Shown piece by piece: positions 49,691 through 60,694 of a DNA stretch of 64,000 nt. The DNA lies in contig OY759974.1 of NCBI GenBank assembly GCA_963662945.1, forward strand, positions 1,984,001 through 2,048,000. The letters run 5' to 3'. The translations under genes and the position numbers were made by a program. The stretch comes from Arcobacteraceae bacterium (GTDB lineage: Bacteria > Campylobacterota > Campylobacteria > Campylobacterales > Arcobacteraceae). The notes below the pieces were generated by a model. It was not told the DNA's origin. It ran no database searches and saw only the letters and a program-made list of their open reading frames with translations. Within the stretch, counting starts at the first letter, position 1; every line of letters starts with the position of its first letter.

Positions 49691-52263
49691 TATATTTCAC
49701 CTCTTTTTCTTTTCATAATTTGTGTACATTTATATTCTCTTATTTCATCTAAAATTTCAAAAACTCTATTCATATTACGTTCAACATTATTAGTTACAGA
49801 GAATACTTGCCCATTTGCATAACCACCAGCATAAAGGTCAACAGTATCTTGAACCATCATATGAACAGCTTTATGTACCTCATTTAATTCTTCCCATAAT
49901 GGAGAATTTAGAAAGTCAGGATCTTTCATATTATCAAGCCATTTTCCCATATTACAACTATGATGATCAGTTACAGAAAAACGTGTTCCATCATTACATT
50001 TTTCGAAGTTCGTATTTTTAAATTTAATATGGTCTGATTTTAAAGCATTTAAGTCAAACATCATATCTGCATCACATACTCTTCTTTTTGACTCTTCAAA
50101 GAAACTTGTTCTGTTTACTGCTGTTTGTAAAGATTGTGCTAAGCCTTCATTTTCATGTGACATTGTATTGATTTTTGAAGCAACACTTGCATTTTTTTGT
50201 GTTGTTTTGTCTAATTCATTGACTGTATCACTAATTTGACTCATAGCATTTTGTTGTTCTTGTGCTGCTTTTGCAACATCTTCAATGAGAGTTATGGTTG
50301 CTGTGATATTTTGATTAAGATTATTATATCCTTCTATCATCTCTTGAGAAATTTTTTGCCCACTTTGTGCTTTTGTAGTTGCATTTTGAACTAATGTTTT
50401 AATCTCATTTGCTGCATCAGCACTTCTTGAAGCTAAGTTTCTAACCTCTTGAGCAACAACTGCAAATCCTTTTCCAGCTTCTCCTGCTGTTGCAGCTTCA
50501 ACTGCTGCATTAAGACTTAAAATATTTGTTTGGAATGCTATTTGGTCTATTACTGTAATAGCATCATTGATTGCATTTACTTCTTGTGTAATATCACTCA
50601 TTGCATCAGAAGTTCTATTTGCTAAAGTTTCTCCCACTTTAGAAGAATTTGTCACTTCTTGTGCAAGTTCAGCCATTTTTGTAGCATTTTGGCTACTTTG
50701 TTTAATGGTACTTAAGATTTCTTCAATTGCAGCTGCAGTTTGTTCTAAGGCAGCAGCTTGTGCATTTGATGAATTACTTAATTCACTTGAAGCATCATTT
50801 AAATCTTTAGAAGCAAATAATAATCTTTTTGTAGTATTATCAATCATAGCCAAAACACCAGACATTGTAACACCAGTATTTTTTGCACCACTCATAATTG
50901 AAGCTATTTCTCCTGTAATACCCTCAAGTTTTGGTACAGCATAATCAAATTTTGCATTACTGTATTCAACTAAAACTTTTGATAAGCTATCAAGGTTTTT
51001 ATGGGTTCCTTTTACTAAACTATTAACAGAAACAGCTAATTCTTGTACCCTTTTTGAAGCAGCTTGAGATTTAATACTTGTATTCAAAAGACCTCTATTT
51101 GCTCTTACAATAACAGATTTAGCTTCATCAATAACAACTTGATCTTGTTCTCTATCTCTTGCCAAAGCATCTAAATAACTATTAAATTCAATTACTACAT
51201 CTCCAATTTCATCATTATGCAGTATCTCTATTCTATCAGAAGATTGATCATTTTTGACGTTGAGTATAGAATTTTGTAAATCTTTAATTGGTTGGATAAC
51301 TGTACTTCTAAGATTGATAAGAGTTGCTACTAAACTAGCTAATATTGCCAATGCAACAATAAGTAAAGCTATATAGACTAGATGAGTTGTTTTATCAATT
51401 GCCAAGTTTACAGTACTTAACTGTTCTGCAACTAGGTAAATACCTAATTTTTCTCCTTTAAAATCTTCAACATATTTAAAAGTATAAAAATACTTTTCAC
51501 TTAAGAGATAACCATTTGTAAAGAGATTTTTTAAATTAATTTTTTTGCTATCTTCAAAAAAATCTTTATTAAAAAATTTTTGAGATATTATATATTTTTT
51601 TTGAAATATCATTTCTGGATTTGGTTGGGCTATTTGTTTATTTATATCCATTAATAGCAAAAATCCTTGATTTTGATTATTAAAACTTTTTGCTACAGAG
51701 TTTAAGCCTTGTATAAATTCTAAAGAACCTAGATGTTCTCCTTTATTTGTAATTGGCACAACAGAACGTAAACTAAGACCAGCTTTCCCAATTTCTAAAC
51801 TATTAATAGGTTTATGTTCGGTATTTACAGTTACTACGCTTTTTCTAAAGGAACTTAAATCGTCTCCATATTTTTCAATTTTCCAATTTCTTAAATAGGA
51901 TTTATTATCTTTTGTATGAATATGTATTTTTATATTTTTAAATTTAGTGCCATTTTTCATTGTTTTGTTGATAGTATCTAAACTTTCAATTGCTAATTCT
52001 CTATTATTTTGCATTAATGATTGTTTTATTTGTTCATCATTCGCTATTGAAAAAGCATTGCTAATACCAATATCTTTTTTAGCTTCCATTTTTTCATCGA
52101 TGGATTGTTCTAGTTTAATTTTTGTTTTAGTATAAACTTCATCAATCATTGTGGATTTATACATTGTTAAGACTACATAAGCTACTATAATTGTTACTAT
52201 AGATACTATAAATGAGATACTGCTAAATTTTCTTGATATGGTTAATCTTTTTTTGACATTCAT
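49690..52263 (-). CDS. methyl-accepting chemotaxis protein with periplasmic Cache-like sensor and C-terminal CZB domain
   Basis: [27 protein letters not shown]-terminal DH..FK, DHHSC.MGKW, H..VH. Confidence 0.92.
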   Translation of the reverse strand: MNVKKRLTISRKFSSISFIVSIVTIIVAYVVLTMYKSTMIDEVYTKTKIKLEQSIDEKMEAKKDIGISNAFSIANDEQIKQSLMQNNRELAIESLDTINKTMKNGTKFKNIKIHIHTKDNKSYLRNWKIEKYGDDLSSFRKSVVTVNTEHKPINSLEIGKAGLSLRSVVPITNKGEHLGSLEFIQGLNSVAKSFNNQNQGFLLLMDINKQIAQPNPEMIFQKKYIISQKFFNKDFFEDSKKINLKNLFTNGYLLSEKYFYTFKYVEDFKGEKLGIYLVAEQLSTVNLAIDKTTHLVYIALLIVALAILASLVATLINLRSTVIQPIKDLQNSILNVKNDQSSDRIEILHNDEIGDVVIEFNSYLDALARDREQDQVVIDEAKSVIVRANRGLLNTSIKSQAASKRVQELAVSVNSLVKGTHKNLDSLSKVLVEYSNAKFDYAVPKLEGITGEIASIMSGAKNTGVTMSGVLAMIDNTTKRLLFASKDLNDASSELSNSSNAQAAALEQTAAAIEEILSTIKQSSQNATKMAELAQEVTNSSKVGETLANRTSDAMSDITQEVNAINDAITVIDQIAFQTNILSLNAAVEAATAGEAGKGFAVVAQEVRNLASRSADAANEIKTLVQNATTKAQSGQKISQEMIEGYNNLNQNITATITLIEDVAKAAQEQQNAMSQISDTVNELDKTTQKNASVASKINTMSHENEGLAQSLQTAVNRTSFFEESKRRVCDADMMFDLNALKSDHIKFKNTNFEKCNDGTRFSVTDHHSCNMGKWLDNMKDPDFLNSPLWEELNEVHKAVHMMVQDTVDLYAGGYANGQVFSVTNNVERNMNRVFEILDEIREYKCTQIMKRKRGEI

Positions 52264-52322
52264 TATTCAACCTTATAATTATAATTATTATTGTATCAAA
52301 ATAGTCTTGTTAATAAAATAAA

Positions 52323-52352
52323 AAAGGTAACTTGAGTTTTCAAGTTACCTTT
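52323..52352 (-). terminator. rho-independent terminator of pstS
   Basis: AAAGGTAACTTGA-gttt-TCAAGTTACCTTT with T-run downstream on the minus strand. Confidence 0.85.
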
Positions 52353-52381
52353 AAAAGAAATTAGGAGTTAAATTTTATAGT

Positions 52382-53443
52382 TTAGTGTTTTTTAGATAAA
52401 TCTTCTAAAGTCAATTTTGTTCTTTTTGCAACAGAGTTTCTGATTGCTTCTCTTGTAGCATCTGGAAGTGGAATTAAACCAATTTCACCTAAAATACCAT
52501 TGTTACCAATCATATCTTCAGACATAAACATATCTACATATTTACTCATTGCAGGTACATCTTTAGAGTGAGAGTTTTTGATGTAGAAAAATAAACTTCT
52601 TGCAATTGGATATTTATGAGATGCAATAGTTTCAGGAGTTGGTAAGAAACCATCTATTGTAGCACCTTGTACTTTATCTTGATTTTCCATTAAGAATGAG
52701 TAACCAAAAATACCGATTGCATCTCTATTTTTATCTAGTTTTGCAACAATTAAGTTATCATTTTCACCACTTGGAACATACGCACCATCTGTTCTAATTT
52801 CAGAATATTTTTTGTATTTTTTATTTGCTTTGTTATCTGCTTTGTAAAGATCTGTATAAACATTCATTTTTTTGAATGTATGTTGTAATACCATCTCTTC
52901 AAAAGCATCTCTTGTTCCAGAAGATTTTGGAGGACCATATACGATAATATCTCTATTTGGTAAAGATGCATCTATATCAGACCATTTTTTGTAAGGGTTT
53001 GCTATAAGTTTTTTACCATCTTTACTTGGTACTTCAGCAGCAGTAGCAAGAGCTAATTGAGTTTTTGTTAAAGATAATGGTTTGTCTGCTTTAGATTGTG
53101 CAATAGCAATACCGTCAAAACCAATTACTGCTTCAGTAATGTCATGAACACCATTTTTTTCACACATCTCAAATTCTTTAGTTTTCATTCTTCTTGATGC
53201 ATTTGTAATATCTGGCGTATTTAAATCATTTCCAGCACAAAATAATTTCATACCACCACCTGAACCAGTTGATTCAACTACTGGAGTTGGAAATTTTGTT
53301 GTTGCACCTAATTCTTCAGCTACAGATGAAGAAAATGGATAAACAGTTGAAGAACCAACTATTTTAATTTGGTCTCTAGCACTAAGAGATACAGTTAACG
53401 CAGATGCAGTTAATAAAGCAATTGCAGTTTTTTTCATTGTCAT
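52382..53443 (-). CDS. pstS: phosphate ABC transporter substrate-binding protein PstS
   Basis: IVGSSTVYP, ESTGSGGG.KLFC.G, NASR, SSGTRDAF, FGYSF, YPIARSLFFY. Confidence 0.92.
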   Translation of the reverse strand: MTMKKTAIALLTASALTVSLSARDQIKIVGSSTVYPFSSSVAEELGATTKFPTPVVESTGSGGGMKLFCAGNDLNTPDITNASRRMKTKEFEMCEKNGVHDITEAVIGFDGIAIAQSKADKPLSLTKTQLALATAAEVPSKDGKKLIANPYKKWSDIDASLPNRDIIVYGPPKSSGTRDAFEEMVLQHTFKKMNVYTDLYKADNKANKKYKKYSEIRTDGAYVPSGENDNLIVAKLDKNRDAIGIFGYSFLMENQDKVQGATIDGFLPTPETIASHKYPIARSLFFYIKNSHSKDVPAMSKYVDMFMSEDMIGNNGILGEIGLIPLPDATREAIRNSVAKRTKLTLEDLSKKH

Positions 53444-53474
53444 TTTGAAAGTCCTTTTGTTTTTTTTCGTAGGA

Positions 53475-53506
53475 ATTATAAATTAGAAAGATTACTGTTT
53501 GGTTAC
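53475..53506 (-). promoter_or_regulatory. Pho box promoter of pstS
   Basis: GTAACC-aaaca-GTAATC-N9-TATAAT. Confidence 0.85.
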
Positions 53507-53559
53507 AAGTTTTATAATAGATATTAAGTTATAATCAAAAAAATTTAATAGGCAATAAT

Positions 53560-54840
53560 ATGAGAGTAATAGAGATATTTAAAGAGATAACAACTGTACC
53601 TAGATGTAGTGGTACTTTTGAACCATTTATTAATTATGTGAAACAATTTGCATCAAAAAATAATTATATTTGTAAAGTTGATAATGCAAACAATATATTA
53701 TGTTATAAAGAGAATAGTACTATAAAATTATGTTTGCAATCACATTATGATATGGTATGTTTAGAAGATGGTAAGATTCCTACAATTATAGAAGAAGATG
53801 GATATTTAAAAGCAAAAGATTCAACATTGGGTGCAGACAATGGAATAGGGTGTGCCTATATGTTAGCTTTGATGGAAGAGGGTGCTAATTTAGAGTTGCT
53901 TTTTACAAGTGATGAAGAGGTAGGACTTATTGGCGCAAATAATATAGAGTTTGAATTACAAGCTTCTAAAATGTTAAATTTAGATAGTGAAGCTCAAGGG
54001 GAAATATGTATAGGTTGTGCTGGTGGAGTTGATATATTTGGGATTAACAATAAAGGGGAATATCTTAAAAATAAAGATAAAAAAGAATTATATGAGATAA
54101 CTATTGATAATCTTGATGGTGGGCATAGTGGAGTTGATATCGATAAAAATATACCAAATGCTTTGAAACTTATGGCAAAAACAATAAAAGAGTGTGATGC
54201 TGATTTACTTGATATAAGTGGGGGTGAGAGAATAAATTCTATTCCTAAATCAGCTCGTGCAATTATTGTATCACATAATGAGCCACAAGCATCGCACCCT
54301 AATATGAAAATAGTAAAAGTAGAGACTCAAACACAACATTATAAAAAACTCGATGAAAATATTATTAACTTTTTATATACTTTTGCAAATGGAGTAAGAG
54401 GATTTGATAAAGAGTTAGATGTTGTATTAAGTTCAATTAACTTGGCAATTATTGAAAATTCGATTGAAGGATTAAAAATAAGTTTAAGTGCTAGAAGTAT
54501 GGATAATGAAGAGTTAAAAATTCTCAAAGATGAAACAGTAGCTTTACTTAATATTTTTGGTTTTGAAGTAACAACAAATGGAAAATATCCAGCATGGAAA
54601 CCAACACATAGTGATTTTACAGCAGAAGTTTTAAAAATATATAAAGAGGTTGTACCAGAAGCTACATTAAATGCTATACATGCAGGATTAGAGTGTGCTA
54701 TATTTAAAGCTAAATATCCAAATATTGATGTTTGTTCAATTGGACCAAATATATATTTTCCTCATTCTCATAGAGAAGAGTGTGAGATAAATTCTGTTAT
54801 GAAACTTTTTACGATTATTAAGAAAATTGTAGAGATATAA
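53560..54840 (+). CDS. pepD: aminoacyl-histidine dipeptidase (M20 family)
   Basis: LQSHYDMV, LGADNGIG, TSDEEVG, NLDSE, GGHSG, IHAGLEC. Confidence 0.9.
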   Translation: MRVIEIFKEITTVPRCSGTFEPFINYVKQFASKNNYICKVDNANNILCYKENSTIKLCLQSHYDMVCLEDGKIPTIIEEDGYLKAKDSTLGADNGIGCAYMLALMEEGANLELLFTSDEEVGLIGANNIEFELQASKMLNLDSEAQGEICIGCAGGVDIFGINNKGEYLKNKDKKELYEITIDNLDGGHSGVDIDKNIPNALKLMAKTIKECDADLLDISGGERINSIPKSARAIIVSHNEPQASHPNMKIVKVETQTQHYKKLDENIINFLYTFANGVRGFDKELDVVLSSINLAIIENSIEGLKISLSARSMDNEELKILKDETVALLNIFGFEVTTNGKYPAWKPTHSDFTAEVLKIYKEVVPEATLNAIHAGLECAIFKAKYPNIDVCSIGPNIYFPHSHREECEINSVMKLFTIIKKIVEI

Positions 54841-54865
54841 AAAACTAATTTTAAATTAGTTTTTT
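54839..54865. terminator. bidirectional terminator between pepD and response regulator
   Basis: AAAAAACTAATTT-t-AAATTAGTTTTTT. Confidence 0.65.
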
Positions 54866-54868
54866 ATT

Positions 54869-55261
54869 TTAGAATGTTTCGTGTCTATTTGTATAGTCTA
54901 AAGTAAGTTCTATACCTTTTTTAAATTTTTCTTGCTCAAATGGTTTCACAATCCAAGAAGTAGCACCAGCTTCTCTCCCTTTTTGTTTCATATCATTTCC
55001 TCTTTCAGTTGTTAGAACCATAATTGGAGTAGTCATATAATCAAATTTATCTCTAATTCGTCTAATAAGTTCAAATCCATCCATTCTTGGCATATTGATA
55101 TCCACAATGAAAAAATCATATTCTTCTTCTGCAGCTTCTATTTTTTCTAATGCTTCAACACCATCTTCCGCTGTTTCAAAATCATTATATCCTGATGCAT
55201 AAAGTGTTTGTGATACTAAATCTCTAATTGTTGATGAATCGTCTACTGCTAATATTTTCAT
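54869..55261 (-). CDS. single-domain CheY-like response regulator
   Basis: AVDDS, VDINMP, LTTE, VKPF. Confidence 0.9.
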   Translation of the reverse strand: MKILAVDDSSTIRDLVSQTLYASGYNDFETAEDGVEALEKIEAAEEEYDFFIVDINMPRMDGFELIRRIRDKFDYMTTPIMVLTTERGNDMKQKGREAGATSWIVKPFEQEKFKKGIELTLDYTNRHETF

Positions 55262-55338
55262 GTTATACCTATCTTTCAGTAAAATTATTTAAAAATTATT
55301 ATATCCACAAAGATACAATAAAACAAGTTTAAATTAAC

Positions 55339-56403
55339 TTAAATTAAATTATTTTTTGCTTCTTTTTCAACTTCCTCAAGGAACCTTTGTAGTAATTGGT
55401 CTGTTGGAAGTTTTTCTATAACTTCACCTTTTTTTATAATAAGACCACTTCCTTTTCCATAAGCAATAGCCACATCTGCACTTTTAGCTTCACCTATAGC
55501 ATTTACAACACAACCCATTACTGATACATTTAGAGGTGTTTTTATATGTTTTGTTGCTTCTTCTACTTCTTTAACCGCACTTACTAAATCAGCTTCAATT
55601 CTTCCACAAGTTGGACACGAGATAATATTTAAACCATCTTTTGCAATACCTGCATCTTTTAAAATAGCGCGACCAACTTCTATCTCTTTTTCTAATTCTC
55701 CTGTCATAGATACTCGTAAAGTATCTCCAATACCATCAAGAAGTAATGCTCCTAATGCTATTGAGGATTTTATAGTGCTGTGAAACTCTGTTCCAGCTTC
55801 AGTAACTCCTAAATGAAATGGGTAATTATTTAAAGGTCGGAGCATTCTGTACGCTTCAACTGTTCTTTGTACATCACTCGCTTTGAGAGATATTTTAATA
55901 TCAGTAAAGTCTAAATCTTCTAAAAATTTAATATTATAAATTGCTGATTCAACCATCCCTTTAGCTGTTTGTCCATATTTATCTTCAAATTGTGCTTCTA
56001 GTGAGCCACAGTTTACACCAATACGAACTGGTAAGTTTCTTTCTTTACACGCTTTTACAATCTCTTTAATTCTAGATTGTTCACCAATATTTCCAGGATT
56101 GAAACGAATACAATCAACTACTTTTGCAGCTTCAAGTGCCAATTTATAATTAAAATGGATATCTGCAACAATAGGAAGGCTTGTTTGCTCTTTAATAGCT
56201 TTTAATGCTTTAGCAGCTTCCATATCAGGAACAGCTAAACGTACTATGTCTGCTCCTGCAAAATGAAGTCGTCTTATTTGTTCAACAGTAGCTTCTACAT
56301 CACTTGTTTTTGTATAAGTCATTGACTGTACACTAATTGGTGCATCTCCACCAACTGCAACATTACCTATATATATCTTTTTTGTATCGTATCTTTTTAT
56401 CAT
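55339..56403 (-). CDS. ispG: 4-hydroxy-3-methylbut-2-en-1-yl diphosphate synthase
   Basis: [39 protein letters not shown]. Confidence 0.97.
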   Translation of the reverse strand: MIKRYDTKKIYIGNVAVGGDAPISVQSMTYTKTSDVEATVEQIRRLHFAGADIVRLAVPDMEAAKALKAIKEQTSLPIVADIHFNYKLALEAAKVVDCIRFNPGNIGEQSRIKEIVKACKERNLPVRIGVNCGSLEAQFEDKYGQTAKGMVESAIYNIKFLEDLDFTDIKISLKASDVQRTVEAYRMLRPLNNYPFHLGVTEAGTEFHSTIKSSIALGALLLDGIGDTLRVSMTGELEKEIEVGRAILKDAGIAKDGLNIISCPTCGRIEADLVSAVKEVEEATKHIKTPLNVSVMGCVVNAIGEAKSADVAIAYGKGSGLIIKKGEVIEKLPTDQLLQRFLEEVEKEAKNNLI

Positions 56404-56522
56404 GCTGAAATTCTATCCAATTAATTATATAAATAGTATTGAAGAAGTTTTTTGCAGATAATATTTAATAGATTTTTAAGTATAATAGGACAAGAATAAC
56501 CACCTCTTAAAGGAAAAATATT

Positions 56523-57362
56523 ATGAAAATTCTTTTATCTCTTTTTGTTTTTATTATCACATTACAAGCAAAAGTTATAACTTTTTCACCATTACCTATG
56601 GATAAGGCTCCAAAACTTTTTGTGCAATATAATGCGATGTTAAAATACTTAGAAAAAGAAACAGGCTATAAATTTAAATTCATCTATTCAACATCTTATG
56701 AAGAATTAATAAAGAATTTTGAAGAAGGTAAGATTGATATAATTGAATTAGGAGCATTACCCTATGTAAGATTGAAAGAACAATTTAAAGATTCGTATCC
56801 ATTTTTAACTTTTAATTCTAGTAATGGAAAACCTTATTATACTTGTGATCTTGTTACAACGGAGAATAATATAAATAGTTTTGCTGATATATCAAATAAA
56901 GTTGACGTAATTTTAACAAGAAGTTTATCAACATGTGGATATTTGATGAGTGAATATATTATGAGAGAAAACTCATTAACATTAGAAAACTTTCATTATC
57001 AATATATTGGAACACATTCAAATGTTTTATTAAAAGTTCTTTTAGAAAAAAATACCATAGGAACTGTGAAATCTACAGTGTTGGATAAATATACACAGTT
57101 TGATTTTAAAACTTTGGCACAATCCCCAAATATTCCAGGTTTTTCTTTTATTGCAAATAAAAATACTACAGTAGAAGGACAAATTAAAAATATTCAAAAA
57201 GCAATTTTAAAATTACATCCTTTGGACAATCTAAAAGATGAAGATATTGTTTCTCAATGGAGTAATAATACTAAATTTGGAGCAGTAAAAACTGATGAAA
57301 AGATTTATGATGTAGTGTATAAAGCATTGAAAACTATTCAAGTTCCAAAGGAAAATAAATAA
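56523..57362 (+). CDS. PhnD-like periplasmic binding protein
   Basis: Signal peptide, YLEKETG, SYEELI, LGALPYV, STCGY, GTHSNV. Confidence 0.78.
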   Translation: MKILLSLFVFIITLQAKVITFSPLPMDKAPKLFVQYNAMLKYLEKETGYKFKFIYSTSYEELIKNFEEGKIDIIELGALPYVRLKEQFKDSYPFLTFNSSNGKPYYTCDLVTTENNINSFADISNKVDVILTRSLSTCGYLMSEYIMRENSLTLENFHYQYIGTHSNVLLKVLLEKNTIGTVKSTVLDKYTQFDFKTLAQSPNIPGFSFIANKNTTVEGQIKNIQKAILKLHPLDNLKDEDIVSQWSNNTKFGAVKTDEKIYDVVYKALKTIQVPKENK

Positions 57363-60300
57363 TGAAAAAATTTAATTTATTTACAAAAATTATTACACCT
57401 ATTTTAATTATAGGTATTTTATTTTCTTATGTTGGTTTTATGTATTTAAATACACTCATTGAGAAAACTATTAGTCATGAAATAGAGCAAAAAGTTGAGA
57501 ATAAAATTCACTATACTTATGATCATATTGAATCAGAATTTCGATTGTTATTTTATTTATATGGAACATCATCTGGGGATTATCATGCACAAAGTAAGAT
57601 AATCCAAAAAGAGATATTTGCGCAACTGAAAAAATATACCTTGCTAACAAATGATATTCTTTTTATTAATGACAACGATAAAATTGTACAAATGGGTAAA
57701 ACAAGTTTATCAGATGAGGAACTAGCAGCAATTCTTAAAGAGAATAAAACACAAATTGTATTGGATAAAGTAACATATAGAATTAAGCAAATGTATTTTA
57801 AACCTTGGAATTGGCATATTGTTTATCTTTTAAATACAAAAAGTTTTGACGATATATTATATAAAAATAAAATGGCATTATTAAGTATAGTATATATTCT
57901 ATTGTTAATACTTATTGTACTTATAAGTATTATTTTTAAAATTTATATTAAAAATCCTATTGATATTTTATTGGAACATTTTCAACTTATTACAAAAGGT
58001 AAATATAATGTAATTGAAACAGTTTTTCATACAAAAGAGGTTGATGATCTAATCAATAATGTTAATAGAATGACTAAATCAATTATGTATAGAGAAGATG
58101 AAGCAACAACTCTTTTAACATTAACAAAACAAAATGAAGAATATATGGAAGATATATTAAGTTCACAAAGTAGTATCATTATTATTAATGATATGAAAGA
58201 GATACAAGATGTGAATGATAGTTTCTTAAGATTTTTTCATGAATATGAAACATTAAATGATTTTAAAAAAGAGCATCAATGTGTATGTGATTATTTTGTA
58301 GAAGAAGAGGGGTATATTTATAAGTTCTCTGATAAAAACTGGGTTGAGTTTATATTAGAAAATCCAAATATGGTACACAAAGCAAAAATTTACAAAGATA
58401 ATACATATTATATTTATGCAATACAAGCAAAAAAATCAGAAAAATTTAATCGTATGATTATTACGATGACAGATATAACAGAATTAGAAAAAAGTAATAG
58501 TTTACTTGAACAATATAAAAAAGCTGTTGATGCTAGTGCAATTGTTTCAAAAGCTGATTTAAAAGGAAAAATAACTTATATCAATGATAAATTTTTAGCA
58601 ATTTCTGGATACTCAAAAGAGGAACTTATTGGGGCAAATCATAATATTGTACGTAGTAAAAATAGTTCTCCTATTATATTTAAAGATATGTGGGACACAA
58701 TACAAAGTAAAAAAATTTGGAGTGGACGTATCGAAAATAAGAAAAAAGATGGTACACCTTATTTTGTTTCAGCTACAGTGATTCCAATTTTAGATGAAAA
58801 TCATGATATATATGAATATATTGCATTACGTTATGATATTACAGAAGAGGTTTTAGCAAAACAAAAAGCACAAAAAGCGGAAAATGCAAAAAGTAGTTTC
58901 TTAGCAAATATGTCTCATGAGATTAGAACACCTTTAAATGCAATTATTGGTTTTACAAAATTATTATTGAATTTACAATTACCAGCAAAAGAGGCAAAAT
59001 ATATCCATATTATTGACCAAAGTGCAGAAAATCTTTTAGGTATTATCAATGATATATTAGATATTTCAAAAATTGAAAATGGAAGTTTAGTATATGAAAA
59101 AATTGAATTTAATCCATTTTTGGAGTTTGAAGGAGTTATTAATCTATTTATGGTCAAAGCAAATGAAAAATCTATAAGTTTAGTACCATTTATTGATCCA
59201 AAAATTCCTCAAAAAATAATAGGAGATTCTCTACGTGTAAAACAAGTATTATCAAACTTAATAGCAAATGCTATTAAGTTTACCCCAAATGAAGGAACAG
59301 TGTTTTCTCGAATAGAACTTATAAAATCTACTACAAAAACGTGTACTATAAGAATAAGCATACAAGATAGTGGAATAGGAATCCCTAAAGATAAACAAAA
59401 ACTGATTTTTCAAGAATTTTCACAAGCTGATGAAAGTACAAGTAGAGAGTTTGGTGGTACAGGATTAGGACTTAGCATTAGTAATAAGATAGTACAAGCG
59501 TTAGGTTCAACAATTGAATTAGAGAGTGAAGAGGGGAAAGGAAGTAAATTTTTCTTTGATTTAGAATTTGAATCAGATAATTTAGTGGATCGACATCTCA
59601 AAGAGTTTAAAAAACTACATGTTGCTATTGTAAATTCTAATTTAATGGAACCTTTACAATACTCTATATTAAAAGAGTATCTAGAGTCACTTTGTAATTT
59701 GGTAGAAATTACAGATTCAAATCAAATCTCTGAAATATTAGAGCAAGATATTATTTTTATTGATGAGGCAGCGGTTGATGAAGCATTAATAAATCTTGAA
59801 AATAAAAATACTTATTTTGTAGTATTATCCAAAGAGAGAGAAACTTGTGAACAGCTCCAAAATGGAGTTATCTTAAATGTACCTATTAATTCATCTTCAC
59901 TTTTTGATATATTAGTTAATTTTGTAGATTTTGAGAGTTTTATTGAAACAAGTTTAGAAAATAAGGAAAAAAGTTTTAGCGGAAATGTTTTAATAGCAGA
60001 AGACCACGAGATAAATCAACAGTTAATTGGTGCACTTCTTGATATTCGAGGTGTAGATTATACTTTTGCAAACAATGGAAATGAGGTTGTAAAGCTTTTT
60101 AAAGATGGTAAGTATGATTTGATTCTTATGGATATAAATATGCCTGAAAAAAATGGTTTGGATGCAACAATCGAGATTATTGATTTTGAGAAAAAACATA
60201 CCTTAGAACATACTCCAATAGTAGCATTAACTGCAAATGTTATTGAAGCAGATAAACAAAAAATTATGGATATAGGGACAGATGATTATCTTTATAAACC

Positions 60301-60694
60301 AATTGATGAGAAGAAACTGGATGAAGTTTTAAATAAATATCTAAATAATCTTAAAGAAGAAAGTCAAAAAGATGAAAGTTATCACTTAGGTATTGTTGTA
60401 CAAGAGATGGGATTAGATGAAGTAATTGTTAAAAAAATAGTAACAAATTTTTGTAATACAATAGATAAAGATTTAGATGAATTAGAAAAGGCTGTTAAAG
60501 AAAATAACTTTGAACAAATAAAAATCTATGCACATAAAATTAAAGGTGCTGCGTTGAACTTACGAATGCATAGTGTATCAAAATATGCTCAAAATATGGA
60601 AAAAATGGCAATAGATAATGAAAATACAACTATGGATAAAAACTTTACAAGTTTAAAAAAAGCAATTAAAGCTGTTCAAGAATCAATTCTATGA
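57362..60694 (+). CDS. hybrid sensor histidine kinase (HAMP-PAS-HisKA-HATPase-REC-Hpt)
   Basis: FLANMSHEIRTP, NAIKFT, DSGIG, GGTGLGL, AED/MDINMP receiver, AHKIKG Hpt. Confidence 0.95.
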   Translation: MKKFNLFTKIITPILIIGILFSYVGFMYLNTLIEKTISHEIEQKVENKIHYTYDHIESEFRLLFYLYGTSSGDYHAQSKIIQKEIFAQLKKYTLLTNDILFINDNDKIVQMGKTSLSDEELAAILKENKTQIVLDKVTYRIKQMYFKPWNWHIVYLLNTKSFDDILYKNKMALLSIVYILLLILIVLISIIFKIYIKNPIDILLEHFQLITKGKYNVIETVFHTKEVDDLINNVNRMTKSIMYREDEATTLLTLTKQNEEYMEDILSSQSSIIIINDMKEIQDVNDSFLRFFHEYETLNDFKKEHQCVCDYFVEEEGYIYKFSDKNWVEFILENPNMVHKAKIYKDNTYYIYAIQAKKSEKFNRMIITMTDITELEKSNSLLEQYKKAVDASAIVSKADLKGKITYINDKFLAISGYSKEELIGANHNIVRSKNSSPIIFKDMWDTIQSKKIWSGRIENKKKDGTPYFVSATVIPILDENHDIYEYIALRYDITEEVLAKQKAQKAENAKSSFLANMSHEIRTPLNAIIGFTKLLLNLQLPAKEAKYIHIIDQSAENLLGIINDILDISKIENGSLVYEKIEFNPFLEFEGVINLFMVKANEKSISLVPFIDPKIPQKIIGDSLRVKQVLSNLIANAIKFTPNEGTVFSRIELIKSTTKTCTIRISIQDSGIGIPKDKQKLIFQEFSQADESTSREFGGTGLGLSISNKIVQALGSTIELESEEGKGSKFFFDLEFESDNLVDRHLKEFKKLHVAIVNSNLMEPLQYSILKEYLESLCNLVEITDSNQISEILEQDIIFIDEAAVDEALINLENKNTYFVVLSKERETCEQLQNGVILNVPINSSSLFDILVNFVDFESFIETSLENKEKSFSGNVLIAEDHEINQQLIGALLDIRGVDYTFANNGNEVVKLFKDGKYDLILMDINMPEKNGLDATIEIIDFEKKHTLEHTPIVALTANVIEADKQKIMDIGTDDYLYKPIDEKKLDEVLNKYLNNLKEESQKDESYHLGIVVQEMGLDEVIVKKIVTNFCNTIDKDLDELEKAVKENNFEQIKIYAHKIKGAALNLRMHSVSKYAQNMEKMAIDNENTTMDKNFTSLKKAIKAVQESIL

